64,000 nt of DNA from a virus (IMGVR_UViG_3300028920_000023), one strand, 5' to 3'; shown: positions 17,301 through 26,873, numbered from the stretch's first letter. Numbers and translations: made by a program. Notes: a model not told the origin generated them from the letters alone.

Positions 17301-18133
17301 CTAGTACAATTCCTAACCCCGCAAATCTCTTTCTCACACTCAGTTAAAATCTGTCTAGAAGCCGGAGTATCATCAATAGCAACAACCCATTTAGAAGACA
17401 AATTCTCAGACTCAACGAACTTCGGACAAAAATCAGGATCACCAAGATTACCACGAGTAGCAACTAAATAATTCTCAGACGGGCTAATCCTCTGAATACG
17501 AAGATCCACCACACCACGATTATCCTCAGCAGTCACAAAATCACGAGGCTCACGAGATAAGGAACCAGGGAAAGGCGCATTAACACCACTCTCCCCAATC
17601 TCACCCTTGGGACCACTCTCAATGCGATCTTCACCATCTTCGCCATCATCACCACGCTCACCCTGCGGACCAATAGACTTCCGATAAGTAAGCTGTCCGA
17701 GACCTTCCAATTGTTCAATCAAATCATCAACATTCACCCTAAAATCAATACCATAAGTATTCTCATGGATCTTCCAAACAGCCCTCCTCTCAACAGGAAA
17801 ACCTTGCTCATCCTTATCAACCAAAGTCCTCTCATACTGAATATCAAGATCCCCAGTGCTAGACCTAAACCCATAAATGCCACGCTCGAATTTGATCTTA
17901 CAATCATCTGTAGTTAGACTAGTCCTAGGAGGAGGTATCAACAAACCCTGTAATTTTTCGAAATCACCAGACGACATCAAACCGCTCTTAAGAGGAGTAG
18001 CCAACTCAAACTGCTTATCTAAGCCGGGAACGTGCACCCAAGACTTAGTCCTACCATCATACTGGTAATAATCACCTTGTGTTCTCTCAAATAACATCCC
18101 ATCACTAGGATTCTTTGGGAACGACACGCTCAT
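14303..18133 (-). CDS. Cys-rich tail-fibre/virion-like protein with a short collagen segment and repeated beta modules
   Basis: FPKNPSDG..YQYDG..W and LATPLKSGLMS..DFEKL N-terminal motifs typical of phage fibres; GPQGERGDDGEDG; three CC(C)-containing modules. Confidence 0.65.
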   Translation of the reverse strand: MSVSFPKNPSDGMLFERTQGDYYQYDGRTKSWVHVPGLDKQFELATPLKSGLMSSGDFEKLQGLLIPPPRTSLTTDDCKIKFERGIYGFRSSTGDLDIQYERTLVDKDEQGFPVERRAVWKIHENTYGIDFRVNVDDLIEQLEGLGQLTYRKSIGPQGERGDDGEDGEDRIESGPKGEIGESGVNAPFPGSLSREPRDFVTAEDNRGVVDLRIQRISPSENYLVATRGNLGDPDFCPKFVESENLSSKWVVAIDDTPASRQILTECEKEICGVRNCTRDITTTRISQVFCSSRLFYIDMTVIEDRIFNRFMELLLQMKETKEAVVNEYLGTLIRVYNEQKQSLCCAIENCESKRENARERRRIEDINVHAARDGLGIRIDGQNARQNVETNVDKDCPEEDNQADIPQDGTGGTGGTGSGGTAPVEYVLTINCRYNDSEENAANIEVPAGTYRITYTNCCCYEIPRQPLLRAPNDKIALSRYAWGELEDKVDSGDLSNFGPDLKKAALDNRPYSGEVTFKFSDQSDPSKFNDKKVSSIPSAFRTSADSEEYFIGLDEQTERIIGEGDVTTNPLDFTTSGEVRAWYSGLFNSNPFNESLDPPSAREGEIVITLIPQESEEPPVTDITDEAEPCTPGAAAEIEVTGEENTLQFTPFPKDPNNPNKVLNPFEIDSTDPLQPIILELGSGKHLIEITDACCIFDNFATLNNTGSGGALIITQAMHSAAVAGNEDEFVERWRTSKIETQHLLDVYPFTYDARSGKAEGYLNDLGEIERQAIAGQLPGFVLDTTSLFLKAGGSFRPYSGVVTIVYRGVEPQLGFAGSSWVAIKTLKDDDTKNYYIINDDWEAREEPILPVEGFKTNDEARAAYIGRQFQINAVGGQVAIFFDDVDSSQAFTDGIQTVPTLNTGNISVKVSCIDDTPDCVNGVMDIEVDCFQTGGGTVQARAELEVGSYVAQLVDCCCGYRSYRLGQEDLIPYGYTGFFHMQYNRFQNLPTGTPLSSIGTKTNVDLGQFETIEEAFSVYEKSTIGFSHAGGEIRLWVDYGSTDLSKYNQRNGKLTVRIFRSECFNTQEPEDPNIPVDTGDDTIGSAPIDPYNPLADFSCDLGPAFIRSLNQFFKNNSMCYFIAESEGLKYVVVRGSVSDDGRNIISDEFECKASFSRDTECIRESLDQVGLVTAWGFPTLDGKNFAGFSGTTTTRMISDPDLQDILLSKLAALDVDAYFTARPSSVVRSQTGVVSRTIIDALRESSPDAYEQLLEEARTFSNEFEMIVFPYIEA

Positions 18134-20649
18134 GCTTCGGCTCCTGTGATCTGGTCCACAGCCGGAGCAGTACCATCAACCTCCGGAACAGATTGCTCAG
18201 TAGGACAACTAATCCTCATCACCTTAATATTAATCTGACCATCCGCTACAGGAAAAGCATTCACCATAGGAATAAGAGGAGAAGGTCTATTCGCCTCACT
18301 AACAAAACCAAGACCAGCTATGTTTGTAGATATGGGTCTAGTACCCCCAGTCTTCTCAGGAGGCATAACAACATCACCCAAATAATTCACAATCGAATAA
18401 GCAGTCCTAATCCTAGCAAAAAAGAAACCGGGCTCAGAAGTAGTGAAATAAACCATCCTATTCTGAATAGGACCAGACAAATAAGCCTGCTCTACAGAAC
18501 TAGCATCATTCTTATCAGCATTATCATCAACACCATCAAAAGCCTTCCAAGTAATCTTACGCTCCTCCGCAGCAGCCTCGCTACTCGGAGTAGTACCACT
18601 AAAATCCGTAGTCGACAAAGGACGCTCAACAAAAGCATTCCCAGAAAACCTCAGAGGATCAAACTTATATCGCTCAAACAAAGAATCCGGCAAAAGATTC
18701 CTGTAACTAGCAGGAGCAAAACCAACCTGTAAACCCATAATACTCTGAGCAACAAGAGACCTAAACGGCACAACACTACCACCATACTGAGATTCACCAT
18801 TAATAATGTAATAAGGACCAGAATAAGCTATACCACCCTCATTGCCAACATAATACTGCTGAAAACCACCATTAATAAGCCTAGACTCATCTAGATCATT
18901 CGGAATAGACGGAGAACGTTGTTGACGAACAGCACCACCAGTATACAAGAAAGCGTACGTACCAGCCGGAAAACTAGTCTGGTTCGGACCTGACTTCAGT
19001 TGTGTCTTGTGATAAATCAACCCAGCACGGCTAATCGCAGAACGAAACTCCGAAGCCCACTCCGAAATAGCCTCCAACTGGGTATTACCACCACCGCCGC
19101 CAACACCAGATGGACAGCGAATCTCCTGATTTCGACGATCAACACAAATAGTTTCAGTCCTAATCTTACGATTACTCGTAAGAGAAGCAGTAGTTGGGAT
19201 ACGACCACCCTTCGGAACAAATCCCGAACCACCACCAATATTAATAGGACAACCAGCATCATCATCACAAACCCGAATGGTCCTAGTACTCACACCAGGA
19301 GGTAGAGAACCACCAGCACCACCACCGAAATCAGGAGGCCCAGGACTATCAAAAGAGAAAATAGGAGCAACATCAGCCTTCAGAACAGGAGTAGACAACA
19401 CCTGACAACTACCACCAGGACAGCCGGCAACAATAGCAACCGACTCACACTCAGGACGATCAGAAGGAACATCCACCACAGGAGGCTCAGAAGGCTGCCC
19501 TGGCAAAGTAGACTCACCACGGCAATCCGTAGGAGCCAAACAATACTCCAAATACGTAATATTCTCACATTCAGCTAACCTATCCCCAAGAACATCAAGC
19601 TGCTTCCTAGCCTCAGCATCCTTCTCAATCAAAAACTCACGAATCTGCTTATCATAACTCTCAGCAATCTCATCCAACTTATCCTTATAATACCCAGTAA
19701 TATCATTAACAAGATCACTTAATCTTCGCTGAAGAAGAATATACTTCCTAGGACCCTCTCTCTTATCCAAATTACTCGGATCATAATGTTCCGGATAATA
19801 GGCAATAACAGGATTCACCTCATCGAAACCAGGATCATCCTCATTACAAGGAGGGGCCAAAAGCTCATATTCAAAACAATCATCAACAGTAAAACTAACA
19901 TCCCTAGAAATCTGTTGAGCAATTAACTGCTGAGCAGCCGCATCCTCGTCATCAGGTAAATTCATACGAGCCTTAGTAACAAACAACTTACCAGCATCCT
20001 GATCCAACTCCAATTTCACAATAGCTGTATCGAAAATATCATCAACATCAACAACCCTAACACCAGACAAAGTATGATGCTCCAAAGCATCCTCGCCAGG
20101 ATCACCCTGCTCACCCTGCGGACCGTCACCATAACCATCCTCACCCGGATCGCCTTTCTCACCCTTTCTGCCAGGCAAACCAGGCCCACCGGGAACCTCC
20201 ACACAAAGAGTATTTAATAAACTTTCCTTAAAAGACAAATCAAACCCAGGGGGATCATCATCTGTCTCACAGAACGCCAACATATTCAGATCACTGCACT
20301 CTGTGCTTACCGGACGGCCATCAGAAAACACACACTTAATATCAAGACTATCACTACGGAGCGTAACATCACCAAACAACAAACCATCCGGGTTGCTCTG
20401 GCTCCGCAAAGACAGAAAGGGTCTGGTTATGATCGCATAGCCGCCAGCTTTATTTGGGATCTGGTCTAGAGCTGACTTCAATCCCCTATCAAGAAGACCA
20501 GTCGTTACCTGGTCTGCCAGAGGAATAGAGTCGATTCTTCCTGTCCTAACCCAGAATCCTGTTTCTGCGCTATAGACCCATTTGATTCTAAATGCATCTA
20601 TAAATTCCTGACCATCGAACATGCCAGGCGGTAGTGGACACTTATTCAT
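18130..20649 (-). CDS. paralogous Cys-rich fibre/virion-like protein
   Basis: Same order of motifs as 14303..18133: N-terminal fibre motif, GLL..GLKS, short collagen, coiled coil, PAGTY module. Confidence 0.65.
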   Translation of the reverse strand: MNKCPLPPGMFDGQEFIDAFRIKWVYSAETGFWVRTGRIDSIPLADQVTTGLLDRGLKSALDQIPNKAGGYAIITRPFLSLRSQSNPDGLLFGDVTLRSDSLDIKCVFSDGRPVSTECSDLNMLAFCETDDDPPGFDLSFKESLLNTLCVEVPGGPGLPGRKGEKGDPGEDGYGDGPQGEQGDPGEDALEHHTLSGVRVVDVDDIFDTAIVKLELDQDAGKLFVTKARMNLPDDEDAAAQQLIAQQISRDVSFTVDDCFEYELLAPPCNEDDPGFDEVNPVIAYYPEHYDPSNLDKREGPRKYILLQRRLSDLVNDITGYYKDKLDEIAESYDKQIREFLIEKDAEARKQLDVLGDRLAECENITYLEYCLAPTDCRGESTLPGQPSEPPVVDVPSDRPECESVAIVAGCPGGSCQVLSTPVLKADVAPIFSFDSPGPPDFGGGAGGSLPPGVSTRTIRVCDDDAGCPINIGGGSGFVPKGGRIPTTASLTSNRKIRTETICVDRRNQEIRCPSGVGGGGGNTQLEAISEWASEFRSAISRAGLIYHKTQLKSGPNQTSFPAGTYAFLYTGGAVRQQRSPSIPNDLDESRLINGGFQQYYVGNEGGIAYSGPYYIINGESQYGGSVVPFRSLVAQSIMGLQVGFAPASYRNLLPDSLFERYKFDPLRFSGNAFVERPLSTTDFSGTTPSSEAAAEERKITWKAFDGVDDNADKNDASSVEQAYLSGPIQNRMVYFTTSEPGFFFARIRTAYSIVNYLGDVVMPPEKTGGTRPISTNIAGLGFVSEANRPSPLIPMVNAFPVADGQINIKVMRISCPTEQSVPEVDGTAPAVDQITGAEA

Positions 20650-20663
20650 GAAAATTCCCCACT

Positions 20664-20678
20664 TTATGGTATTTTTGA
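20664..20678 (-). promoter_or_regulatory. candidate late promoter TCAAAAATACCATAA
   Basis: Near-identical to 4993-5007; core motif 20 nt upstream of the 20649 ATG. Confidence 0.6.
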
Positions 20679-20698
20679 TATTTTCTCTAACCTACCAT

Positions 20699-20726
20699 TT
20701 TACGTAAAATATCTACGCGATACAAT
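20699..20726 (+). promoter_or_regulatory. candidate sigma70-like early promoter
   Basis: TTTACG-N16-TACAAT with GCGA immediately before the -10. Confidence 0.5.
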
Positions 20727-20744
20727 GATACAAAGGAGACAAAC

Positions 20745-21719
20745 ATGTACGAACCTTATTTCGGTGTAGCACAAAGCATGCGCCTAGAAGCCAAACTAAG
20801 CAGACAAAAAATGAAAAGAGACGAACTAGCAACAGCCCTAGATGGATTATTCATCACATCGTGCATGTCTAAACCAGGAATAATCTCAACAGCATCAATA
20901 ACAATAATATTAGAAAGCATACACTATCTACTAGACCACAGAACATACTACGTCAGCAGCAATCTAGCAAGAAAATTAGCTGAAACCGATGTAGAATTAG
21001 ATATAGAAGCATTTAAACAAATGCACCTACCAAGTAGAGTATTCGAAGTTTGCTTCAACGACCTAAAGATCAACGGACACAAAATACCATCAGCTCTCGT
21101 AACAGCCGGACTAGACGACACATATAGAAACATGATGAACGAATTCATAGAAAGAAACACCGCAATAATAAACGAAGAACTAAACAGAAGCCGCAAAGAA
21201 ATAGGAATGAAATCCGTACCATATACGCCACCGAAAATAACATCAGACAGATTCAAAATAGATTACTCACTAGGAACCGACGCCCTATACCATTGTGTAA
21301 TACCCCTCGATGATGACAATTTTACAGGTAAAAACATTACAGAAATCATAGAATCATTGGGAGTTATTTGCGACACAGCAAAACTGAGCCCAGAAGAAGT
21401 AGAAACACAGAAATACCTAGCTAGAATAATATTCGGTCTAATCTGCTATATAAACCTGCCAGAGCCCGATATGCAGAAACACAAAGACCACAGCAGAGCA
21501 GCTATCGGACCAAATAGACCACAAATCTTTATGCTAGGCAAAAAAGAAACAGAATGCTCATGGCATCTAAGAAAAGGACACTGGAGAATACTCAAACACG
21601 AAAGATATAAAAGAAATGAAGACGGAACAATCAAAACCATCTGGGTACGGCCCACAGAAGTCAACAAAGGACATGCCCCAGCAATGCCAGATAACAAAAT
21701 CGAGATACTCGATGGCTAA
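20745..21719 (+). CDS. hypothetical phage protein with HLRKGHWR motif
   Basis: AAAGGAG SD; C-terminal WHLRKGHWR..IWVRPTEV motif of a common uncharacterised phage family. Confidence 0.75.
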   Translation: MYEPYFGVAQSMRLEAKLSRQKMKRDELATALDGLFITSCMSKPGIISTASITIILESIHYLLDHRTYYVSSNLARKLAETDVELDIEAFKQMHLPSRVFEVCFNDLKINGHKIPSALVTAGLDDTYRNMMNEFIERNTAIINEELNRSRKEIGMKSVPYTPPKITSDRFKIDYSLGTDALYHCVIPLDDDNFTGKNITEIIESLGVICDTAKLSPEEVETQKYLARIIFGLICYINLPEPDMQKHKDHSRAAIGPNRPQIFMLGKKETECSWHLRKGHWRILKHERYKRNEDGTIKTIWVRPTEVNKGHAPAMPDNKIEILDG

Positions 21720-21918
21720 AGTCCACGAAATAGAACAAAAACTAAAACGTGAAAGAAGAAATATCTGGAGCGGCTATCTCACATGTATAGAAATATCAAA
21801 ACTGATATGGAACGGATATAAATTAGTACTCCAATCCGACATGGGTTGGATAAGAGAATATAAAAAGAAAGGCAACATGAAACCCAGATGGGTATCCCTC
21901 ATAAAGGCCAAAAAATGA
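21712..21918 (+). CDS. small hypothetical protein
   Basis: ATG overlaps the upstream stop region; MAKVHEIEQKL. Confidence 0.55.
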   Translation: MAKVHEIEQKLKRERRNIWSGYLTCIEISKLIWNGYKLVLQSDMGWIREYKKKGNMKPRWVSLIKAKK

Positions 21919-22091
21919 ACATAGACAAACTCATCAAACAAACACTCAAAGAAGAAATGATAAGATATAGAGACAAAATCCTGGTTATAGGACCCAAAGA
22001 CAAACAAGGAAACAAAACCCTATACCACAAAGACAAACCCGTAGGATATATGAGGCCAGACTACAGCATAGAGATCACAGAGGAAATATAA
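21915..22091 (+). CDS. small hypothetical protein
   Basis: ATGA overlap; MNIDKLIKQTLKEE. Confidence 0.55.
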   Translation: MNIDKLIKQTLKEEMIRYRDKILVIGPKDKQGNKTLYHKDKPVGYMRPDYSIEITEEI

Positions 22092-22307
22092 ATGGGAAGA
22101 TGTGAATGCTGTAAAGAACAAACAGCAGAAATAATCAAAGTCGGAATAATGAGAATCTGTAAAGATTGCTTAGAATATTCCGGGGAAATAGCAAAACCAA
22201 TAGGACAAGCAGATGCCAACAAAAACCCTAAAATCAATGGCCAAGAAAAGCAACAAAAGCAGCAAAGACCTAGAACGATACTGGGGACAAGCCAAAAAAC
22301 AAGCTAA
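22092..22307 (+). CDS. small Zn-finger-like protein
   Basis: CECC..CKDC; GAGG SD; 3' end overlaps the next ORF by 95 bp. Confidence 0.45.
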   Translation: MGRCECCKEQTAEIIKVGIMRICKDCLEYSGEIAKPIGQADANKNPKINGQEKQQKQQRPRTILGTSQKTS

Positions 22308-22641
22308 GAAAAAAGGCGTAAAAAACAAATACGCCTACATGATGGGAATCGTAAAGAAAAGAGCCGGACTAGGAGAAAACACAGAACCAGAAGGAGAACT
22401 AACAAAAGAAGAAGCATTCAATAAAATAATGACCGGGTTAGCCCAAGCTATAGGACAATGCATAGAAAGATTCGGACCCAAGCTAGATATCCAATTAGCC
22501 ATCAAACCCCAAATAGATAATCTACCACAACTATTATCATCAGATGTAGAAAGACTTAAAAACAAAATAGTCAGAGAATATATGCTGATGAACAAAATAA
22601 CGATTAACGAATCAATCCGGCCTTCCTCATACAGTCCTTAA
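22213..22641 (+). CDS. basic hypothetical jumbo-phage protein
   Basis: MPTKTLKSMAKK..LERYWGQAKKQA..YAYMMGIVKKRAG pattern. Confidence 0.7.
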   Translation: MPTKTLKSMAKKSNKSSKDLERYWGQAKKQAKKKGVKNKYAYMMGIVKKRAGLGENTEPEGELTKEEAFNKIMTGLAQAIGQCIERFGPKLDIQLAIKPQIDNLPQLLSSDVERLKNKIVREYMLMNKITINESIRPSSYSP

Positions 22642-22846
22642 TCTTACTAACCGCAGGAACATCTCCTGCGCCCGGTACAGATTTAAATTCGGGTTCTCTC
22701 TCCTCAAGAATAGCCAAAGCCATCTCTAAACCATTATAAAGACCATACGAGTAAACATCGCCACAATCACAGAACTTGCTAGTAGCATCCCTCAAAAACC
22801 TAATGCTTTCGGTCTTTGTCACGTCGTAAACCCCTAAACTCAGCAA
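22604..22846 (-). CDS. hypothetical protein
   Basis: YSYGLYNGLEMALAILEEREPEF; operon-coupled. Confidence 0.55.
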   Translation of the reverse strand: MLSLGVYDVTKTESIRFLRDATSKFCDCGDVYSYGLYNGLEMALAILEEREPEFKSVPGAGDVPAVSKIKDCMRKAGLIR

Positions 22847-23033
22847 TCAAACTAGACTGCTCCTGCATCTCATTCCACAGATTCACCACGGATCGTATCG
22901 CCTTATTCCTATTCCCGCAAATTGGTTCCTTGACTTCTTCACCACAATCAAAACACCTAACAGCAACATACTCGTCAGTCTCAACAGTCTCGACGCCAGT
23001 CTTACATTTAAAACACTCAAGAATCTTGCTCAT
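22800..23033 (-). CDS. Lar-like (restriction alleviation family) Zn-finger protein
   Basis: CFKC..VAVRCFDCG..AIRSVVNLWN; GAGGGTGG SD. Confidence 0.5.
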   Translation of the reverse strand: MSKILECFKCKTGVETVETDEYVAVRCFDCGEEVKEPICGNRNKAIRSVVNLWNEMQEQSSLIAEFRGLRRDKDRKH

Positions 23034-24195
23034 TATCCCACCTCTCATGATCAACAAACCTCATATCAACCCCAACATAAGCATCCTGATTAGAACCATC
23101 AGCATAAGCGCCATGGCCAAGCTCACCAGCGCCCCTATAATGACAATCCCTCATCATCTTAGGAACTACAACATCCAATCCCTTGCGTATAGCATTCACC
23201 GCACTATGAACAGCAACGCAAGCCGTCTTATCCCTTCTGCTCTCCGCAATCAATATCACAGCCTGGGCCATAATAATATCACACTCAGGCCTTCCGATTT
23301 CCTTGGCAGAAACATAAGCCGCATGCGCAACCGCAGTACAAATAGGATTAGAAAAAGCATCCTCAGCAGCAGAAACCATCAAGCGCCTAGCAATATACCT
23401 CGGATCCTCTCCGCTCTCCAACCATTTAGCCAACCAATAAATAGCAGAATCAGCATCACTAGCCTGGATACTCCCCTGGAAAGCAGAAGCCAAATCATAC
23501 TTCATATCCTTATTATGAATAACATACTTAAAAGGACATACGACCTTAGCAGTATCCAAATCAATATTATCACCAAGGCCCTCCGTGAAATTCGCAAGAG
23601 ACTCCAAAATTGTCAAGACCTTACGACCATCCCCACAAGCCATATGCACGATATGCAGGACAGCATCATCATCGAAAGACAAATCCCTCCCAGAAGACCT
23701 GATACTATCCAAACCAGAACTGAAAATCTCCAAAAGATCCCTAATAGACAAAGACTCAAACTCATAAACCGTACATCTAGAAACCAAAGCAGACTGAAGA
23801 TTCAAATAGGGATTCTCAGTAGTAGCACCAATCAATATCAGATGCCCATCCTCCACATAAGGAAGAAGAACATCTTGCTGATTCTTAGCCCAACGATGAA
23901 CCTCATCCACAAACAGAATGATCGTGCCATTCTTCTTGGCAGATTCCCCAACCTTACGTACAGCAGACACAGTAGCGCTAGTAGCATTCAGAGATACAAC
24001 CTCAATATCACTCATACTGCCTATGATATTAGCCAAGGTGGTCTTGCCGGTGCCAGCAGGCCCGTAGAAAAGCATCGAAGACAGATTATCTTCCTCAATA
24101 GCCTTCCTGAGGCGATTTATAATATGCTCCTGGCCGAAAAACTCATCAAGTTTCTTCGGTCTCATCATACTTGCTAATGGTCTTCTTACAGGCAT
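23017..24195 (-). CDS. rarA: replication-associated recombination AAA+ ATPase RarA/MgsA
   Basis: PLASMMRPKKLDEFFGQEH, FYGPAGTGKTTLA, ILFVDEVHRW, QQDVLLP, IGATTENPY, SAFQGSIQASD, GEDPRYIARRL. Confidence 0.93.
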   Translation of the reverse strand: MPVRRPLASMMRPKKLDEFFGQEHIINRLRKAIEEDNLSSMLFYGPAGTGKTTLANIIGSMSDIEVVSLNATSATVSAVRKVGESAKKNGTIILFVDEVHRWAKNQQDVLLPYVEDGHLILIGATTENPYLNLQSALVSRCTVYEFESLSIRDLLEIFSSGLDSIRSSGRDLSFDDDAVLHIVHMACGDGRKVLTILESLANFTEGLGDNIDLDTAKVVCPFKYVIHNKDMKYDLASAFQGSIQASDADSAIYWLAKWLESGEDPRYIARRLMVSAAEDAFSNPICTAVAHAAYVSAKEIGRPECDIIMAQAVILIAESRRDKTACVAVHSAVNAIRKGLDVVVPKMMRDCHYRGAGELGHGAYADGSNQDAYVGVDMRFVDHERWDNEQDS

Positions 24196-25039
24196 TCACC
24201 AACTCCCTATATGAATTCGTGTAATCGAAGTATCTGTCATCTTCTAATATCTGAGGACACTTCTCAACCAAATCCATAGCATCTTTAATTTCCACCTCAG
24301 CATAAATATCCAACTCAGGAGCGAATTGCATCCCCGGAAGCAAAAACGTCTTAGCAACCAAATTATCATCTTCTATCATGCAAGGACAATACCCAAAAAT
24401 CTTATCACCCAAAAGCAAAGGCACCCTGTGCACATCCCCAGAAGATGTAGGCTCACCCAAACCAATAAACCTAAGCAAAAAGCTAAAGACCGTCAACCGA
24501 GTAATACCCAAACATGGAGACATCCTCTCATACAACCTCTCCATAGCATGCGTAGAAAAACCAAAGCGGTACGTAATACCATCAACAACAATATCTTCCT
24601 CATAAATATTGCAATAGATCGAACCTGCCTTGCCATTCCGTTTCTTCGGAGTAACATGCTCAATGCGCATGCCATGGGAACTAACACTCACTATCGGAAT
24701 ATAAAAAGGAGGATCCGAATACAGACTCTGGGCTGCAGCCGTGAAGACATCATTCAGATTATACATCTCTTTTTTGGTCTGAACGCAACCAAAGCCATAT
24801 TTTCTGAATTCTCGGAGGATCTTCTCTTTTGGGTATAATTCGAAAGCCCTTTTGATGATGGCTTTCGCATCTCTCATTTTACTGAGTCTGGACCATGCCT
24901 TTCTATCGTTCTTATCAGGCATATACTCTGGCATCGAAGTATTGAATTCAAAATCTGGGTAGGATATTTTTTGGTTTTGTTTTTTCTTTCTCTCTTCTCT
25001 TTTCTTTCTCTTTCTTTGTTTTTTCTGTTCCTTATTCAT
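24146..25039 (-). CDS. hypothetical protein with basic N-terminus and HAMERLYER motif
   Basis: ATG at 25039 with GGGGA SD; FSTHAMERLYERM. Confidence 0.65.
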   Translation of the reverse strand: MNKEQKKQRKRKKREERKKKQNQKISYPDFEFNTSMPEYMPDKNDRKAWSRLSKMRDAKAIIKRAFELYPKEKILREFRKYGFGCVQTKKEMYNLNDVFTAAAQSLYSDPPFYIPIVSVSSHGMRIEHVTPKKRNGKAGSIYCNIYEEDIVVDGITYRFGFSTHAMERLYERMSPCLGITRLTVFSFLLRFIGLGEPTSSGDVHRVPLLLGDKIFGYCPCMIEDDNLVAKTFLLPGMQFAPELDIYAEVEIKDAMDLVEKCPQILEDDRYFDYTNSYRELVNACKKTISKYDETEET

Positions 25040-25046
25040 AAATACA

Positions 25047-25085
25047 CAATATCCCCTGAATACCATCTAGACAATTAGGATATTG
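25047..25085 (-). promoter_or_regulatory. hairpin overlapping the SD of the 25039 gene
   Basis: CAATATCC (25047-54)/GGATATTG (25078-85); no late motif in the loop. Confidence 0.45.
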
Positions 25086-25088
25086 AGG

Positions 25089-26813
25089 TTAACTTACCCA
25101 GGTATCGCCCGTGTATCGCTTGAATACAACGCCGTCAAACCAAGTATCGCCAAAAACAGGATCCCTGCCTAAAAGACAACGCAACCTAGGCAGAATATCA
25201 TCCTCATAATCCAAAGAATCATCACTAGCATCAACACACAAACGCACAGCCCTATGGACCAACCCGCCTACATTGCCAATAGGATCAATAGCAGAATGAT
25301 CCGTATAACCCAAAGTACGGAAATCAACCTCATCGCCCAAACCCTGATCACCCTCAGTAACAAACCTATTGCTAACTGAAGGAGGAACAGGCGTAGAACG
25401 ACTGGAGGTAGTCCCAGCCAAAGCCTCAAACTGACCCTTCGTAGGCTGATATCGAGGATTGCGACTAAGAGCAAAGCTGCTAATAACAGAACTGACCTTA
25501 ACAAACGGAGCCGAAGCAGGAACATCCGTAATAGACAAGAAAGAATCAAAGAAATCAGCAATCTCGTCCGAAGTACCACCCCACAGACTACTCAGAACAA
25601 CATGACCATTACCGAATCCCTGCTGAAAATTCTCCTGATCTGATTCCTCATTTTTCTGCAGATCATCAATCGGAACTATATTAACAACCTGCCCAGCAGT
25701 CATACTTCTATTCAATAACAAACTAGCAAACTCAACAACATCCGGGGTCTCCCCATCCATCTTAATACTATGTGTAGAAAAAATAAACTTGATATTATTA
25801 GCTAGATCATCCTGACGCTCAATAGAACTCACCCACACCGGAGAATTTTCTCTGGAAGTATCCCCAGACTCCTCATCTGGAGACGGAGCTACAATATCAA
25901 ACTCTCTGAAGATACCAGAAGGAATCTCAACATTATTAGTAGAAGTTCTCGTAGCACCAACTCTAAACGGATAATTCGAAGATTGAATCCAGCTCTCAAA
26001 ATTCGAATCCTGGTCAGGAACAGCATTACTAGCACTATTAGTCAACAAACCAGTACCATGACTTCCTGTACTACCCTGATAATCACTGCTGGACGTAGAA
26101 GATGCAATCTCGTAAACGGCAGGACTATCGAACTCACCATCAGAATCGCTATCCGTAGCATCTGCTGGTGGCGCTAATGCCTCCAAGAATGTTCTGTATT
26201 CTGGTAAACTAGTATCTAGAGTGCGGAAAGTTAAATACCCATCTATGGTATTTGCTTCGGCTGGGTCTACAACTACAGTTTCTTCGGTGCTGGTAATAAC
26301 CTGTATTCTTTTATATTGATATGTGAATGTATTGTCTATTTGGTAATCTACGTAGAATAATGCGACTTCGATTGCTGAACCTTGTTGGTTGGCTGTGAAT
26401 ATGAGTCTTAGTTTGCCAGTTATTTCGTCGCTATCTGATCCGCCTGTGTTGGTCCCACTTATTCTTTTTATTTTGGCTAGCCGGATTTTCTCCCATTTTC
26501 CTGGCATAGAGACATGCATGTCCCATACCCAGCTTCCTGGGAGGCTGTAGGTGTTTGTTCCGGTTTCTACTTTGGCTGTTATTAGGAATGGGAATAGGTT
26601 CTGGTGACTTAGTCTGAGCTGTAGGTTGTCTAGGGCTTTGGCGATGATGAGCTGCCGCACGGTTATGTCGGCTGATGGACGGTTCAGGACGTCTGCTTGA
26701 ACAGGGTCGCTAGGGATAAACCATCTGATATTCAGAGAGTCTTCTTCAGTCAAAGTTGTGAAAAGGTTTCCTGGCGATACAGTCGGTATCAAAGCCGGGT
26801 TAATCGTAGGCAT
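25089..26813 (-). CDS. probable virion structural protein
   Basis: 574 aa, beta-rich and acidic; preceded by CATAAATA inside an SD hairpin. Confidence 0.7.
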   Translation of the reverse strand: MPTINPALIPTVSPGNLFTTLTEEDSLNIRWFIPSDPVQADVLNRPSADITVRQLIIAKALDNLQLRLSHQNLFPFLITAKVETGTNTYSLPGSWVWDMHVSMPGKWEKIRLAKIKRISGTNTGGSDSDEITGKLRLIFTANQQGSAIEVALFYVDYQIDNTFTYQYKRIQVITSTEETVVVDPAEANTIDGYLTFRTLDTSLPEYRTFLEALAPPADATDSDSDGEFDSPAVYEIASSTSSSDYQGSTGSHGTGLLTNSASNAVPDQDSNFESWIQSSNYPFRVGATRTSTNNVEIPSGIFREFDIVAPSPDEESGDTSRENSPVWVSSIERQDDLANNIKFIFSTHSIKMDGETPDVVEFASLLLNRSMTAGQVVNIVPIDDLQKNEESDQENFQQGFGNGHVVLSSLWGGTSDEIADFFDSFLSITDVPASAPFVKVSSVISSFALSRNPRYQPTKGQFEALAGTTSSRSTPVPPSVSNRFVTEGDQGLGDEVDFRTLGYTDHSAIDPIGNVGGLVHRAVRLCVDASDDSLDYEDDILPRLRCLLGRDPVFGDTWFDGVVFKRYTGDTWVS

Positions 26814-26822
26814 AATCTGTCC

Positions 26823-26860
26823 CCTAATTTATCTCTATTTATGTTTGGTTATAAATTAGG
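26823..26860 (-). promoter_or_regulatory. RBS hairpin with CATAAATA/CAAACATA in the loop
   Basis: Perfect 10-bp CCTAATTTAT/ATAAATTAGG, extendable to 12 bp over AGGGG with G-U; 18-nt loop. Confidence 0.7.
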
Positions 26861-26873
26861 AGTTTAGTAGTAA

